In this document: positions 41,930 through 52,138 of the stretch, in pieces
Layout of the letters: each line of letters starts with the position of its first letter
Position numbering within the stretch: position 1 is the stretch's first letter
Source of the DNA: Cyanophyceae cyanobacterium
Lineage (GTDB): Bacteria > Cyanobacteriota > Cyanobacteriia > Cyanobacteriales > Laspinemataceae
Reading direction: 5' to 3'
Assembly: GCA_038321985.1 (NCBI GenBank)
Contig: JBBQFN010000002.1
Location: 320,001-384,000, forward strand
Length of the DNA: 64,000 nt
Made by a program: the position numbers and the translations under genes
Notes under the pieces: generated by a model
Told to the model about the DNA's origin: nothing
Database searches by the model: none
What the model saw: only the letters and a program-made list of their open reading frames with translations

Positions 41930-43369
41930 ATGAGTGCAGCAGGCATCTCAGAGGAAATCGTATTTGGTACCGATGGATGGCGGGGGATTATCGCCCGGGA
42001 TTTTACCTTTGCCAACGTGCGGAAGGTGACGAGGGCGATCGCCGTTTATCTGGAAACCGCCTACAGCAAAGATAAACCCGTCTTAATTGCCTATGATCCC
42101 CGCTTTTTAGCCGACGAATTTGCTAAAACGGCGGCTGAGGTTCTCGTAGATTTGGGCTGGACTGTTAAGATGACCGATCGGGATTGTCCCACTCCGGTGA
42201 TTGCTTATAATGCCCGCCATCTCAATACTGCCGGTGCATTAATGTTCACCGCATCTCATAACCCGGCCCCTTATTGTGGTATTAAATATATCCCCGATTA
42301 TGCGGGTCCTGCCACTCCAGAAATCACCGATACCATTGTGGCAAATATTGCCAAGGCTTCGGATGAACCGGCTTCTGGCAAAAATGCCGATAAAATCTCC
42401 ATTTTTGACCCTAAACCTGCTTACTTAGAATTTCTGTACACCTTGCTGGATGTGGACACCATTCGCAAGGCAAAACTGAAGGTCAAATATGATGCGTTGT
42501 ATTCGACTTCACGGGGTTATTTAGACCTTGTTTTAGAGCATTGCGGTTGCGATACCGAAAGTTTCCATACTTGGCGCGATGTGCTGTTTGGGGGAGGAAT
42601 GCCCGAACCCAAAGGTGAAATGCTGGTGGAGTTGGTAGATGCGGTCAAAAAAGATAGTGCCGATTTAGGTTTGGCAACCGATGGGGATGCCGATCGCTTT
42701 GGAATTGTGGATGAAAAAGGTAACGTCCTAACTCCAAATACTATTTTGCTATTATTAGCACGGCACTTGCTGGAAAATAAAGGCAAGAAAGGGGCAATTG
42801 TTCGCACTGTTGCCACGACTCACCTGTTAGATAACCTGGCGGAAAAATACGGTTTAACTCTTTATGAAACCGCCGTCGGGTTTAAATATGTCGGGGAAAA
42901 AATGCGGGAAACTGATGTGCTGATCGGCGGAGAAGAATCCGGCGGTTTGAGCATTTTGGGTCACATTCCCGAAAAAGATGGCATCCTGGCTGATATGTTG
43001 GTTGCAGAAGCAATCGCCTTCGCTGGTAAACCCCTCAGTCAATTAGTGGAAGAGGTCATCGCCGAAGCAGGCGGCCCCCTATACAACCACCGTTTAGATT
43101 TACACTTAACGGAAGCACACAAAGCGGCAGTTCTCGACGCCTACCAAAAAAATCCCCCCACAGAAGTAGCCGGAATTAAGGTGAAAGAAATCGGGCGCAA
43201 AGATGGAATTAAACTCTATCTTGAAGATGGCGGCTGGGTGTTACTACGTCCCTCGGGAACTGAACCTTTGATTCGGGTTTATATGGAAACCAATTCTCCG
43301 GAAAAACTTCAAAAAGTCGGCCAAGAAATGCAGGCTGAAATTGACAAAATGGCTCCGGTTGCGGCGTAG
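41930..43369 (+). CDS. Phosphoglucomutase/phosphomannomutase family protein
   Basis: FGTDGWRG, phosphoserine loop TASHNP, metal loop DGDADR, GGEESGG, RPSGTEP. Confidence 0.93.
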   Translation: MSAAGISEEIVFGTDGWRGIIARDFTFANVRKVTRAIAVYLETAYSKDKPVLIAYDPRFLADEFAKTAAEVLVDLGWTVKMTDRDCPTPVIAYNARHLNTAGALMFTASHNPAPYCGIKYIPDYAGPATPEITDTIVANIAKASDEPASGKNADKISIFDPKPAYLEFLYTLLDVDTIRKAKLKVKYDALYSTSRGYLDLVLEHCGCDTESFHTWRDVLFGGGMPEPKGEMLVELVDAVKKDSADLGLATDGDADRFGIVDEKGNVLTPNTILLLLARHLLENKGKKGAIVRTVATTHLLDNLAEKYGLTLYETAVGFKYVGEKMRETDVLIGGEESGGLSILGHIPEKDGILADMLVAEAIAFAGKPLSQLVEEVIAEAGGPLYNHRLDLHLTEAHKAAVLDAYQKNPPTEVAGIKVKEIGRKDGIKLYLEDGGWVLLRPSGTEPLIRVYMETNSPEKLQKVGQEMQAEIDKMAPVAA

Positions 43370-43382
43370 CAAACCCCAAATG

Positions 43383-43418
43383 CCGGCAGGGTTTTAAATC
43401 CCTGCCGGTTGTTGATTT
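43383..43418 (+). terminator. Intrinsic terminator after the PGM/PMM gene
   Basis: CCGGCAGGG-8 nt-CCCTGCCGG plus T-rich tail. Confidence 0.6.
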
Positions 43419-43433
43419 AAAATTAGGTAAAAC

Positions 43434-43667
43434 ATGATGGCTATTACAAAACTAATTCCTACCTTAGTAACTGCGATCGCCGCTATTTGGGTGGTTGCAG
43501 TCGCCCTGTTGTCTCTCCAAAATGCCACCCCCATTTCCTTACAATTTTTAGGATTTCGTTCCATTCAGCTTCCCCTGGGCCTGGTGCTAGCCACAAGTGC
43601 GGGAATCGGCATGATTGGAGGGGCGAGTGCCCTGGTTCTCTCCAAAGGGGGCCGCGATTTCTCCTGA
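43434..43667 (+). CDS. LapA/DUF1049-like small membrane protein
   Basis: LSLQNATPISLQFLGFRSIQLPLGLVL pattern (QN..P..L.FL) between two TM helices. Confidence 0.75.
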   Translation: MMAITKLIPTLVTAIAAIWVVAVALLSLQNATPISLQFLGFRSIQLPLGLVLATSAGIGMIGGASALVLSKGGRDFS

Positions 43668-43875
43668 GAGTTAATTTTCCAGTTCTAGCCCAACCCATCC
43701 CCTCAATTTAAGCCCTTGACAAATGTCACAAAACCGGCTAAAAGTTAGACTCAATTCCCGAAACGCGATCGCCTCCGCCTCTCCCCTACACTATTAATAT
43801 TTATCGGCTCCCTAACCTGTCTAAACTCTAACGCCGGACCCTTTAAAAATCCCTCTAACCCTATCCAGACGAGCC

Positions 43876-45402
43876 ATGCACAAAGCACGATTAGCGCGGC
43901 GGTGTTCCTTAATCTTATTAACTACAACCTTCTGTAGTCCAATGCAGGGTGCAGTCTGGGCAACAGCACCCATTGTGGAGGCCCAGGCCAGTCCGCTTCT
44001 TTCCAAGGCGATCGCAGCCGCCCCAGAATTGAGAATCTGGGAATTCGACCCCTATACCAACGAACTGCAAATTACCGTCCCTGAGGGCATCACCCCCGAG
44101 TATTCCATCCTCACCGAACCCCCTCGGATCTCGATCGATATCCCCAATGGTGACACCACCCTCGAACCAAGTACGGAAAATTATCAAGGCATCGTTCGTC
44201 AAGTTCGGATTGCTCAAATCGAATCCGGGGTAACCCGGATTGTGATGGAATTTGCACCGGGAGTCACCCTAGAACCGACCCAAGTCACCCTAACACCGAT
44301 CGGACAAAGCAATCGCTGGATCGTTCGTCCCGCTGTACAACTGGCGGACACTTTACCCACTGCGGTCAATGAACCCGAAGCGGACCTGCGCACCCTGCCG
44401 ATGTTACCGCCATCGGCGGCAAATCAGCCCCCCGGGATCTCGATGCCCCTACCCCTGTTGGAATCCTCAGAATCTAATTCAACCCCAGAATTCTCAGAGA
44501 TGCCGACCCTAAATGTGCCGCCACCGCCACCGCAACTGTCGGAATTAAACATCACCGTAGACGATGCCCGATCGCTGGGATTAACCGAGGATGTAGACTT
44601 TGAATTGCCGGTGGAAACCCCTACTGCCATTAATAGCACTCCGACCGTAACTGTTCCCCCAGTGGAAAATATCGGCGCTGAAGAGGGGATTGAACAAGCG
44701 ACTACACCGATCGAGATTATCCCCATCCTCGTGAATCCAGAACCCGAGATTTTAGCCTCCCGGGAACCCCAAATTCAAGAAACCCAGGCGGCCCTTGATC
44801 CGGGTGCCGATGGTAGCATCGCTTTTGGACAAACCTTGCCGGTCACCGGGGCGATCGCCTCCCCTCCTGAAACTATAACTGCCGTAACTCCCCCCTCTAC
44901 CCCGGAGGAAGTGGCCGCAAATATCCCATCTGATGTGTTGCTTTCTTCTGGGACCGTCCTGGTACTCAGCTATCCCGGTTCCGTGGCGATCGCCTTAGAA
45001 GATCGCCTCCCCAGACAAGAAGTCCTACTCGTCTATTCCGACATTTACGATGGCACCGGCCAATTAATTGCCCCAGTTGGTACCCCAGTTATTGGCAGTT
45101 TCGTACGCGATCGGGGCCAAATCCGCTTTCAGACTCAATCCATCGTCCTTAAAGGTCGTGCTATCCCCTTTCTCGCCCAATCCGAACCCATCGATGGTAA
45201 CCGAGATATTTCCGAGAGACGAACCCTTAGTTACTCGGCATTAGGGGCCGTTGCTGGCGCTGTCCTCGGGGGTCTAGCAGGGGGTCCCCTGTTAGGGGGT
45301 GCGGCAGCCGGTGCAGTCACCTCCGTTTTAAGATCGGATATCGCCGCCACTGTCGAACCCGGACAAATTCTGCCGGTGCGTTTAAGCGAACATTGGCGGT
45401 AA
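43876..45402 (+). CDS. Secreted AMIN-domain protein with Pro/Glu-rich linker and C-terminal glycine-zipper domain
   Basis: Signal peptide; AMIN pattern (PPRISIDIP, VRQVRIAQ...TRIVMEF); C-terminal GAVAGAVLGGLAGG.LLGGAAAGA. Confidence 0.8.
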   Translation: MHKARLARRCSLILLTTTFCSPMQGAVWATAPIVEAQASPLLSKAIAAAPELRIWEFDPYTNELQITVPEGITPEYSILTEPPRISIDIPNGDTTLEPSTENYQGIVRQVRIAQIESGVTRIVMEFAPGVTLEPTQVTLTPIGQSNRWIVRPAVQLADTLPTAVNEPEADLRTLPMLPPSAANQPPGISMPLPLLESSESNSTPEFSEMPTLNVPPPPPQLSELNITVDDARSLGLTEDVDFELPVETPTAINSTPTVTVPPVENIGAEEGIEQATTPIEIIPILVNPEPEILASREPQIQETQAALDPGADGSIAFGQTLPVTGAIASPPETITAVTPPSTPEEVAANIPSDVLLSSGTVLVLSYPGSVAIALEDRLPRQEVLLVYSDIYDGTGQLIAPVGTPVIGSFVRDRGQIRFQTQSIVLKGRAIPFLAQSEPIDGNRDISERRTLSYSALGAVAGAVLGGLAGGPLLGGAAAGAVTSVLRSDIAATVEPGQILPVRLSEHWR

Positions 45403-45525
45403 TCCTCCAGAAAAACCGATTCTGAAGGATTACCCCTACAAAAACGGAAGCTGTGCCTATGCTTTTCTCCAGAAAAAACGGACTTGGCAAAACTAGATTT
45501 AATAACATTCCCCTCTAAAACCGAT

Positions 45526-45558
45526 AAAGGAGGAGGCGATCGTATCGCCTCCTCCTTT
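45526..45558. terminator. Bidirectional terminator between AMIN gene and bicA
   Basis: AAAGGAGGAGGCGAT-cgt-ATCGCCTCCTCCTTT perfect 15-bp stem. Confidence 0.75.
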
Positions 45559-45640
45559 GTTTATAACTAACTCCGCTCTTAAACCCTGTAGAGAATTGAG
45601 AGTGAATCCCTTTCGTCAATATGACTTGAGGCTGTTGAAT

Positions 45641-47359
45641 TCAAGAGGGTTGCATCCTGGTTTCCGGATTATTCGTGATGAAAACATCCTTAATTTCCCG
45701 TGAGTCCACCGAAATCAAGGCCACTGCTTGTTGGAGAGCTTCAATTCGAGTCGCTGTCATATGGTGAGGGGGTAACAGTTTGACAATCCCAAACCGTTCT
45801 AACCGACGTTTAATCTGACCCCCAGCACCGACAATAAAGACTTGACGACCTTTATCTAGGGCATCTTTAATGACATTTTCGATCGCCAGGGAAGAAGTCA
45901 CCCCTAACATTGGCACATCAGCCAAGTCCAAAATCAGCACTTCAAAATTATCCACCGCCGACTGTTCCCGGGAGATCGCCTTTGAGACTCCAAAAATCAT
46001 CGGTCCGCTAATATGGAACAGCAGAATCCGGCCATCCCCTTTTTGCAGCAACAGCTTTTCTTCCTCACTTAAGAGGATTTCATCATCATCATCCGTAATT
46101 GCCTTGACATCCTTTGCATGAATATCGCTCAGACGTTGGATAGTCAAGAGATTGGCAATAAACACCCCGACGCCGACGGCGACGATTAAATCCACAAACA
46201 CCGTGAGCAAAATCACCCCGTACATAATTAACGCCGCTTTCACCGAGACGCGGTGAGCACGTTTGAGGAATGACCAATCGATAATATCAACCCCCACCTT
46301 GAGGGCGATCGCTGCCAACACCGCCATCGGAATATCTTTCGTCAGAGGCGCTGCCCACAAAATCACCACTAGCAAAATCCCTGAACGGGTTAAACCCGAC
46401 AATGCAGTTCGGCCACCGGCTTGGATATTTACCACCGTTCCCATCGTCGCACCGGCACCGGGAAGTCCGCCACAGAGTCCCGAAACGATATTACCAATCC
46501 CTTGTCCGATTAATTCTTTATCCGAGTTATGGTGAGTGCGGGTCAAACTATCGGCAATCACGGAAGTCAACAGGGAGTCGATACAACCAAGCATCCCCAA
46601 GACAATGCCATTAATCAGCATTTCCCGAAATTCCGTGACAGTAAACACCGGCATATTTAATTGAGGAAGTCCCATGGGAATGACGCCAATATGCCGAATA
46701 TCCGCATTGGAGAAAAACACCAGGGAAAAGACAGTCCCGACAATTAATGCCACCAATTGCGGGGGTACGATCCGCTTAAATTTGGACGGCATAAAGAACA
46801 GAATCCCTAACGTTAAAACCGCTAAAATCGTTTCGGGTACGTCAATATTCGTCACAAACATCGGCAGATTGCGAAAGGTTCCGATCACCCCTCCTTTACT
46901 AGCATGACCTAAAAAAGGTCCGATTTGCAGCAGGATCAGAATCAAGCCAATTCCCGACATAAAGCCGGAAATGACGGTATAGGGCATCAGGGTAATATAT
47001 TTACCCAATTTGAATACCCCGAAGATAATTTGAAAGAGTCCCGCTAGCATGACCACGGTAAAGGCCATCGCCAATCCGGTCTCTGGGCTCTCCGGATGTT
47101 TGGCAATTAGGGAGGCAATGATCGTCGTTATGACTACTGTCATGGGTCCGGTGGGTTCCGATATCAGGGCCGGAGTCCCGCCAAACAACGCTGCAAAAAA
47201 GCCCACGCAGACGGCACCATAAAGACCGGCAACGGGTCCGGCACCGGAGGCGACACCGAATGCCAAGGCCATTGGAAGAGAGACGATCGCAGCAGTTAGA
47301 CCTCCAAACAGATCCCCGCGCACGTTTCTGAAATGGAGTTCATTAAATATACTCATCAT
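45641..47359 (-). CDS. bicA: SulP/SLC26 family bicarbonate transporter (BicA-like) with STAS domain
   Basis: GDLFGGLTAAIVSLPMALAFG, ISEPTGPMT, CIDSLLT, GAGATMGTVVNI, STAS GPMIFG; start ATG 47359 or 47356. Confidence 0.85.
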   Translation of the reverse strand: MMSIFNELHFRNVRGDLFGGLTAAIVSLPMALAFGVASGAGPVAGLYGAVCVGFFAALFGGTPALISEPTGPMTVVITTIIASLIAKHPESPETGLAMAFTVVMLAGLFQIIFGVFKLGKYITLMPYTVISGFMSGIGLILILLQIGPFLGHASKGGVIGTFRNLPMFVTNIDVPETILAVLTLGILFFMPSKFKRIVPPQLVALIVGTVFSLVFFSNADIRHIGVIPMGLPQLNMPVFTVTEFREMLINGIVLGMLGCIDSLLTSVIADSLTRTHHNSDKELIGQGIGNIVSGLCGGLPGAGATMGTVVNIQAGGRTALSGLTRSGILLVVILWAAPLTKDIPMAVLAAIALKVGVDIIDWSFLKRAHRVSVKAALIMYGVILLTVFVDLIVAVGVGVFIANLLTIQRLSDIHAKDVKAITDDDDEILLSEEEKLLLQKGDGRILLFHISGPMIFGVSKAISREQSAVDNFEVLILDLADVPMLGVTSSLAIENVIKDALDKGRQVFIVGAGGQIKRRLERFGIVKLLPPHHMTATRIEALQQAVALISVDSREIKDVFITNNPETRMQPS

Positions 47360-47716
47360 TGGCTTATAAATTAGAGGGGTGAGTCGCCCTTCCACGAATT
47401 TGATTTCCTAATCATATAGGAACCGGAACCCTTGGCAAGAGTTGGGCCGTATAAAAACCTTCAAAGTTTTTTATAGGTATGATTACAATGACCCTTATCT
47501 CCGGCAAAAAGCTAACTAACCTTGATCAGCATAGGGTTGGGGATCAAGGGTTGGCGACATCTACAGCCTGATCTCCTATCAATCTTGCAGTGGATTAGTT
47601 ATGCTCTAGGGTTACTATAAAGAATCATCAATGGTAGGGATTTAACCGAGAATAAATACTTAAGCTAGACCCCTTATGGGCAGTCAAACTCGGCAGATGA
47701 GGAAACCGGAAAATGC

Positions 47717-47744
47717 AAAAGGACGTGGAGGTTGATCCACGTCC
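47717..47744 (-). terminator. Intrinsic terminator of the DUF3172-like gene
   Basis: GGACGTGGA-6 nt-TCCACGTCC with an AAAA run that gives a U-tract on -. Confidence 0.6.
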
Positions 47745-47790
47745 CTACAAAGAGCAAAATTCCAAGGGCTAACTAACTGAGATAAGCCCT

Positions 47791-48285
47791 TTAAAAGCGT
47801 TGAGTTTCTGCGGGTTTGCCTCCAGAACCCTGGAAAAATAGATTTCCAGCTGCATCATTCTGATAAATACAACTAATAGCGGGGGTATTCTCTAATGCAC
47901 CCGTGAACCCAAAGGTGTTCATCCGATTTTTACAGTCGCGCACCTGATCGTTGGTAACCAGTTCGCGTTGCTCCAAAATATTCCAGGTATTCGTTCTAAG
48001 TACGCATCCCGGCTGCATTTTAGGCTGGGAGATATAGACATTGAAGGGATTTAGGGTGACGAAGATGCGAGTATCCATCACCATCGCACTAGCTCCATAT
48101 TGAATGCAGAGTTCCGGGTTAGGGGCGCTGCGATCGATGACTTCCCGTGACGCCACGTTTTCTGGACTGAAGTTTGCGGTAGAGCTAAACGCAATACCGA
48201 TCCCTATTCCCAACACGAAAACCCCAGCTAAAATTGCGAGGGAGGTGTAGTTAAAGGGCGATGAGGATTTAGGTTTTCGATACAT
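47791..48285 (-). CDS. DUF3172-like cyanobacterial protein
   Basis: TM helix then NVASRE.ID..APNPELC.QYGASA.V.D.R.FVTLNPF, CK.RMNTFGFTG. Confidence 0.8.
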   Translation of the reverse strand: MYRKPKSSSPFNYTSLAILAGVFVLGIGIGIAFSSTANFSPENVASREVIDRSAPNPELCIQYGASAMVMDTRIFVTLNPFNVYISQPKMQPGCVLRTNTWNILEQRELVTNDQVRDCKNRMNTFGFTGALENTPAISCIYQNDAAGNLFFQGSGGKPAETQRF

Positions 48286-49782
48286 GGTCCTTGGTGGTTT
48301 TGAAACTTTGAGTGGGGATGGGTTGGATGATCTCTATCTATTAGTATGCCGAATTTGACTCCCGGATGGCTGCTCCTGGGGGTGCGATCGCCGGAGAATT
48401 TTCCCAGAACCTCTCCTAGTCACTCCAAAGCCACCCCCCCTGGGGCCAAAAATACAGGAGTAGTAGCAACCCCCCCCACAACGGGATATTCTTTCTCCTT
48501 ACCTCATCAATCCCCCTGGCAACCCGCTGTAATTTTTTGATTTAACTCAATAGAGGGTACGATTTTAAAAATTCCCGGTAAATTTTGAGTGCTTGAAAAC
48601 TTTGCAGAAGTTGAATGTTCCAGAAAATATAATCCAAAATTATTTTTTTTTACGCTGTCCAGATTGGAGGATAAACTTAAAGTAAAACAAGGACAAAATA
48701 GGCTGAATTAATTTAATATTTCCCTTAAAATGTTTCTCGGTTGCCTAGAAAGCCCAGGATTTCTGATGGCTTATAGGCTGGGGAAAAGGCGGTAACGATT
48801 GGGAATGTTCCATTTGGGGACTTGAATTTTGTAGAAGCCGGATGAGATTCAACAGTTTTTTAAAGTTATCACAAATATTAAACTTAAAAATTATCTCGTT
48901 TAAATTTTAGTGTGATTTGGGATAAAAATATCCTCGACTGCTGGGATTTTCACGGAGAGTTTATTGCCTACATTTTGCATCGTGTCCCTAATTCTGTATC
49001 CCCTAATTAAAACCGCTCGCCCCCTGATTACCGTGCATTTAGGGTCTTCCGAAGCGTTACCAAGTCGATGAAGAGTTTCCGGGGATCTCGGGGAACTCTA
49101 CTCACCAAGGGGGTGAGTCAGGGCGATCGCATCCGTCAAAGTTTAGACCCCAATACAGAATCGGCCAGAAATCCCCCCCTGTCTTCCCCTTAAAAACCAG
49201 TAGAGTTTCTTATGGAAAATGCCCCGGCATTGTGAAACAGAAGATACCAAAAGGGCGTCCTGACTAAAAAGGCCGAACCTTACCAATTTCAGAGGACCCG
49301 GATAAAATCTTCCAGTAAACAGGCGGATGATGCAACATTTCTTAACCAAATAGAGCGAAGTCTTGTCATCAGCTTGTTTGTGATCGGGCATCTCAATCAA
49401 TGAGATTATTCCGGTAGGAGTTACCATCGGACCCTAATCCCTTCTGGGTATTGCATCTAGGGAAAAGCTGCGCGAATGAAAGCGACTTAAACGTAGAAAC
49501 CATGATAAAGTAACTGGATATTCCGGATGGGCCATCCGCACAGGGCGAAGGTACTGCCTCGGCGATCGCGATCGCCCTCCAAACTGGAGAAAAAACGCCA
49601 ACAGAGTTCCCTTGTTGATTGGGGGTATAGAAAAATCGCTCCGAGGGTAGATGACTCCTCCCTCAAGGGCTTTATTTGAGGAATCACTCCCGGGACTAAT
49701 TCGCCCCAGGGCATACACCGGAAACGCAGGTTATGCTTGGGAAGATTTATTATAGATTAAATGTGCTAAGGGCTTGCGAATT

Positions 49783-51831
49783 ATGACTCATTGCATCAAT
49801 CCCGATTGCCAGAATTCAGAAAATACCAATTACGCTGACAACTGTTCTAGCTGTGGGCAACCGCTGCTTTTAAAAAGCCGCTACCGCTGCATGGAACTCC
49901 TCGGTCAGGGAAAATATGGCCGCACCTTCTTAGCGGTCGATGAAGATAAACCGTCGAAGCCTCGTTGCGCGATCAAGCAGTTTTTCGGAGGAAAAACCGA
50001 CAACGCGATCGCTCAATTTCGAGGAGGTACGCTTGGATCCCCGAGAGGATTGACCTCAGAAGTTATGCTTCTGGACGAATTGACCCAGCATCCGCTGATT
50101 CCCGAACTCTATGCTTCTTTTGAAGATAATGGCAGCCAGTATTTAATCCAAGAATATGTCGAAGGCCAAAATTTAGCGGATGAACTCGCTGAAAGCGGCC
50201 CCTTTAATGAGAAAAAAATTCGGCAAATTCTCACCGACGTCCTGCCGGTATTAAATTTTGTCCACAACAGCTTGCTAATTCATCGGGATATTAAACCCGA
50301 AAACCTGATCCGTCGCCAGAGTGATGGCAAAGTTATTCTCGTTGATTTTGGTACGGTAGAACATCCTACCGTCCGCAGTTCTATGACTCCGGGAACAGCC
50401 CTGGGTTCAGCTGAATATGCGGCCCCTGAACAAACCAAAGGCCAAGCAATTCAAGGGAGTGACCTGTATAGTCTCGGTGTCACCTGTCTGCATTTGTTAA
50501 CCGGACTGCCGCCTTTTGATTTGTACAGCATTAAAACTGAAAGTTGGGTGTGGTCCGAGTATCTCACGCACCCCGTGAGCCTTCAGTTAAGCCGCGTTCT
50601 CGATACTTTAGTCCAACGAGACGTCAAACAGCGCTATGCCTCCAGTGCTGAAGCCCTCAAAGCCCTTAAAGCCCCGAATCTGGAAGCGGTATTACCTCCG
50701 CCCAACAAACGGGTAGCAACTTTCGTGGGAGGGGCGGCGATCGCACTCTTGTCTATAACCCTAGGCTATCGGGCTCCGTCGCCAGTCCCTGTCAGTTTCC
50801 AGGAGGAACCCCCGGAACCTGTCCCGGCACCGCCTCAGATGATGTACAAGGTCAAATATCCGGAACTGTCCTACAAACTCCCTTCCTTTCGCGAAGAGTC
50901 CAGCTATCCGGTTTCCCAAGTACAACCCGTGCGGACCTTGGCGATCGCCTCGGGACCTGTTTGGTCGGTTGCAGTCAGTCCCGATGGCAGCACGATCGCC
51001 TCGGGGAGTACCGACGGCACTATCCAACTGTGGCACGTTAGCACCAATAACGTCCGAGTTCCCCTGCGCATTCTCAGCGGTCATTCCGACCCGGTGTGGA
51101 CCCTAGCGGTTAGTCCCAATGGCAATCTCCTTGCCTCCGGCAGCGCCGATAAAACTATCAAACTCTGGGACCTCAGAACCGGCGAATTGCTCGGCACCCT
51201 GAAGGGCCATAAAGCCGGGGTCTTCTCCGTTGCCTTCAGTCCCGATAGTCAGAGTCTGGCATCCGGTAGCTTTGACAAAAGCATCAAAGTTTGGCGACTC
51301 CACACCAACAACTACTCGGGACTAGCGGGTTCCGAAGTTCGTAGCTTTATCGGACATTCCCAAGAGGTCCAGTCCGTCGCTTTTAGTGTAGATGGTCAAA
51401 CCCTGGCTTCTGGCAGCACCGATGGCACTGTGAAACTGTGGAACTGGCAAACCGGCAAACTCATCCGCACCCTGTTGGGACATTCTGATGCGGTTTGGTC
51501 CGTGTCATTCAGTCCCGATGGCAATACCATCGCCTCGGGAAGTTGGGATAAAACTATCAAATTGTGGGATTTCGGTACTGGCGTCCCCATCCGCACTCTC
51601 AAAGGTCATTCCGAACAGATTCACTCCGTCGCCTTTAACCCCGATGGACAAACCCTCGCCTCTGGAGACCTTGGTGGGACTATTAAGCTGTGGAGTATGG
51701 ACACAGGGTCTCAAGTGGGAACCCTCAAAGGACATTCCGATTGGGTCGGAGTAGCCTTTAGCAAAAACGGTAAAACCCTTGTCAGCGGGAGCTTTGATGA
51801 CACAATCAAACTGTGGAAAGTAAATCCGTAG
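49783..51831 (+). CDS. Ser/Thr protein kinase with N-terminal Cys4 ribbon and C-terminal WD40 repeats
   Basis: CINPDC..CSSCG; GQGKYG, HRDIKPEN, DFG, APE; hydrophobic segment; seven GH..V.SVAFSPDG..LASGS.D.TIKLW repeats. Confidence 0.95.
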   Translation: MTHCINPDCQNSENTNYADNCSSCGQPLLLKSRYRCMELLGQGKYGRTFLAVDEDKPSKPRCAIKQFFGGKTDNAIAQFRGGTLGSPRGLTSEVMLLDELTQHPLIPELYASFEDNGSQYLIQEYVEGQNLADELAESGPFNEKKIRQILTDVLPVLNFVHNSLLIHRDIKPENLIRRQSDGKVILVDFGTVEHPTVRSSMTPGTALGSAEYAAPEQTKGQAIQGSDLYSLGVTCLHLLTGLPPFDLYSIKTESWVWSEYLTHPVSLQLSRVLDTLVQRDVKQRYASSAEALKALKAPNLEAVLPPPNKRVATFVGGAAIALLSITLGYRAPSPVPVSFQEEPPEPVPAPPQMMYKVKYPELSYKLPSFREESSYPVSQVQPVRTLAIASGPVWSVAVSPDGSTIASGSTDGTIQLWHVSTNNVRVPLRILSGHSDPVWTLAVSPNGNLLASGSADKTIKLWDLRTGELLGTLKGHKAGVFSVAFSPDSQSLASGSFDKSIKVWRLHTNNYSGLAGSEVRSFIGHSQEVQSVAFSVDGQTLASGSTDGTVKLWNWQTGKLIRTLLGHSDAVWSVSFSPDGNTIASGSWDKTIKLWDFGTGVPIRTLKGHSEQIHSVAFNPDGQTLASGDLGGTIKLWSMDTGSQVGTLKGHSDWVGVAFSKNGKTLVSGSFDDTIKLWKVNP

Positions 51832-51865
51832 TTCGTGATCAGGGAGAAAGTTACCGTTTAAATTT

Positions 51866-51914
51866 AAAAAAACGCGATCGGGTCGGCTAAAAACACCCAG
51901 TCGCGTTTTTTTTT
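51866..51914 (+). terminator. Intrinsic terminator after the kinase-WD40 gene
   Basis: AAAAAAACGCGA..GGGT ... ACCC..TCGCGTTTTTTTTT. Confidence 0.7.
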
Positions 51915-52138
51915 GCCGGGTCAAGGGATCAATCCCTGGAAATTTTTTAAGGACCTATACAAATGATAAAAACGGTGGCGGGAGCTAGCACATTGACGAT
52001 TTTACCGCTTTCCCGGTCTCCGGGTCCCTAACTGTTTAAAGAAGATGACCATCCCGTTGACTGAATGTTATGCTTAGAGATAAGGCTTAGTCTGGAAGAG
52101 CCATTGATTTTAATTGAACCAAGAGGTAGGCGATCGCA

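Noticed and set aside
47450..47475. NdhR/CcmR operator upstream of bicA
   Set aside because: Only an imperfect AT-rich inverted repeat is present; I found no clean ATAG-N8-CTAT.
49143..49718. Two 94-aa minus-strand ORFs
   Set aside because: Composition is atypical, there are no motifs, and they lie in the probable promoter region of the kinase gene.
50930..51820. Nucleotide-level repeats in the kinase gene as a DGR or array
   Set aside because: They are fully explained by WD40 protein repeats; no reverse transcriptase or adenine-specific variation is evident.
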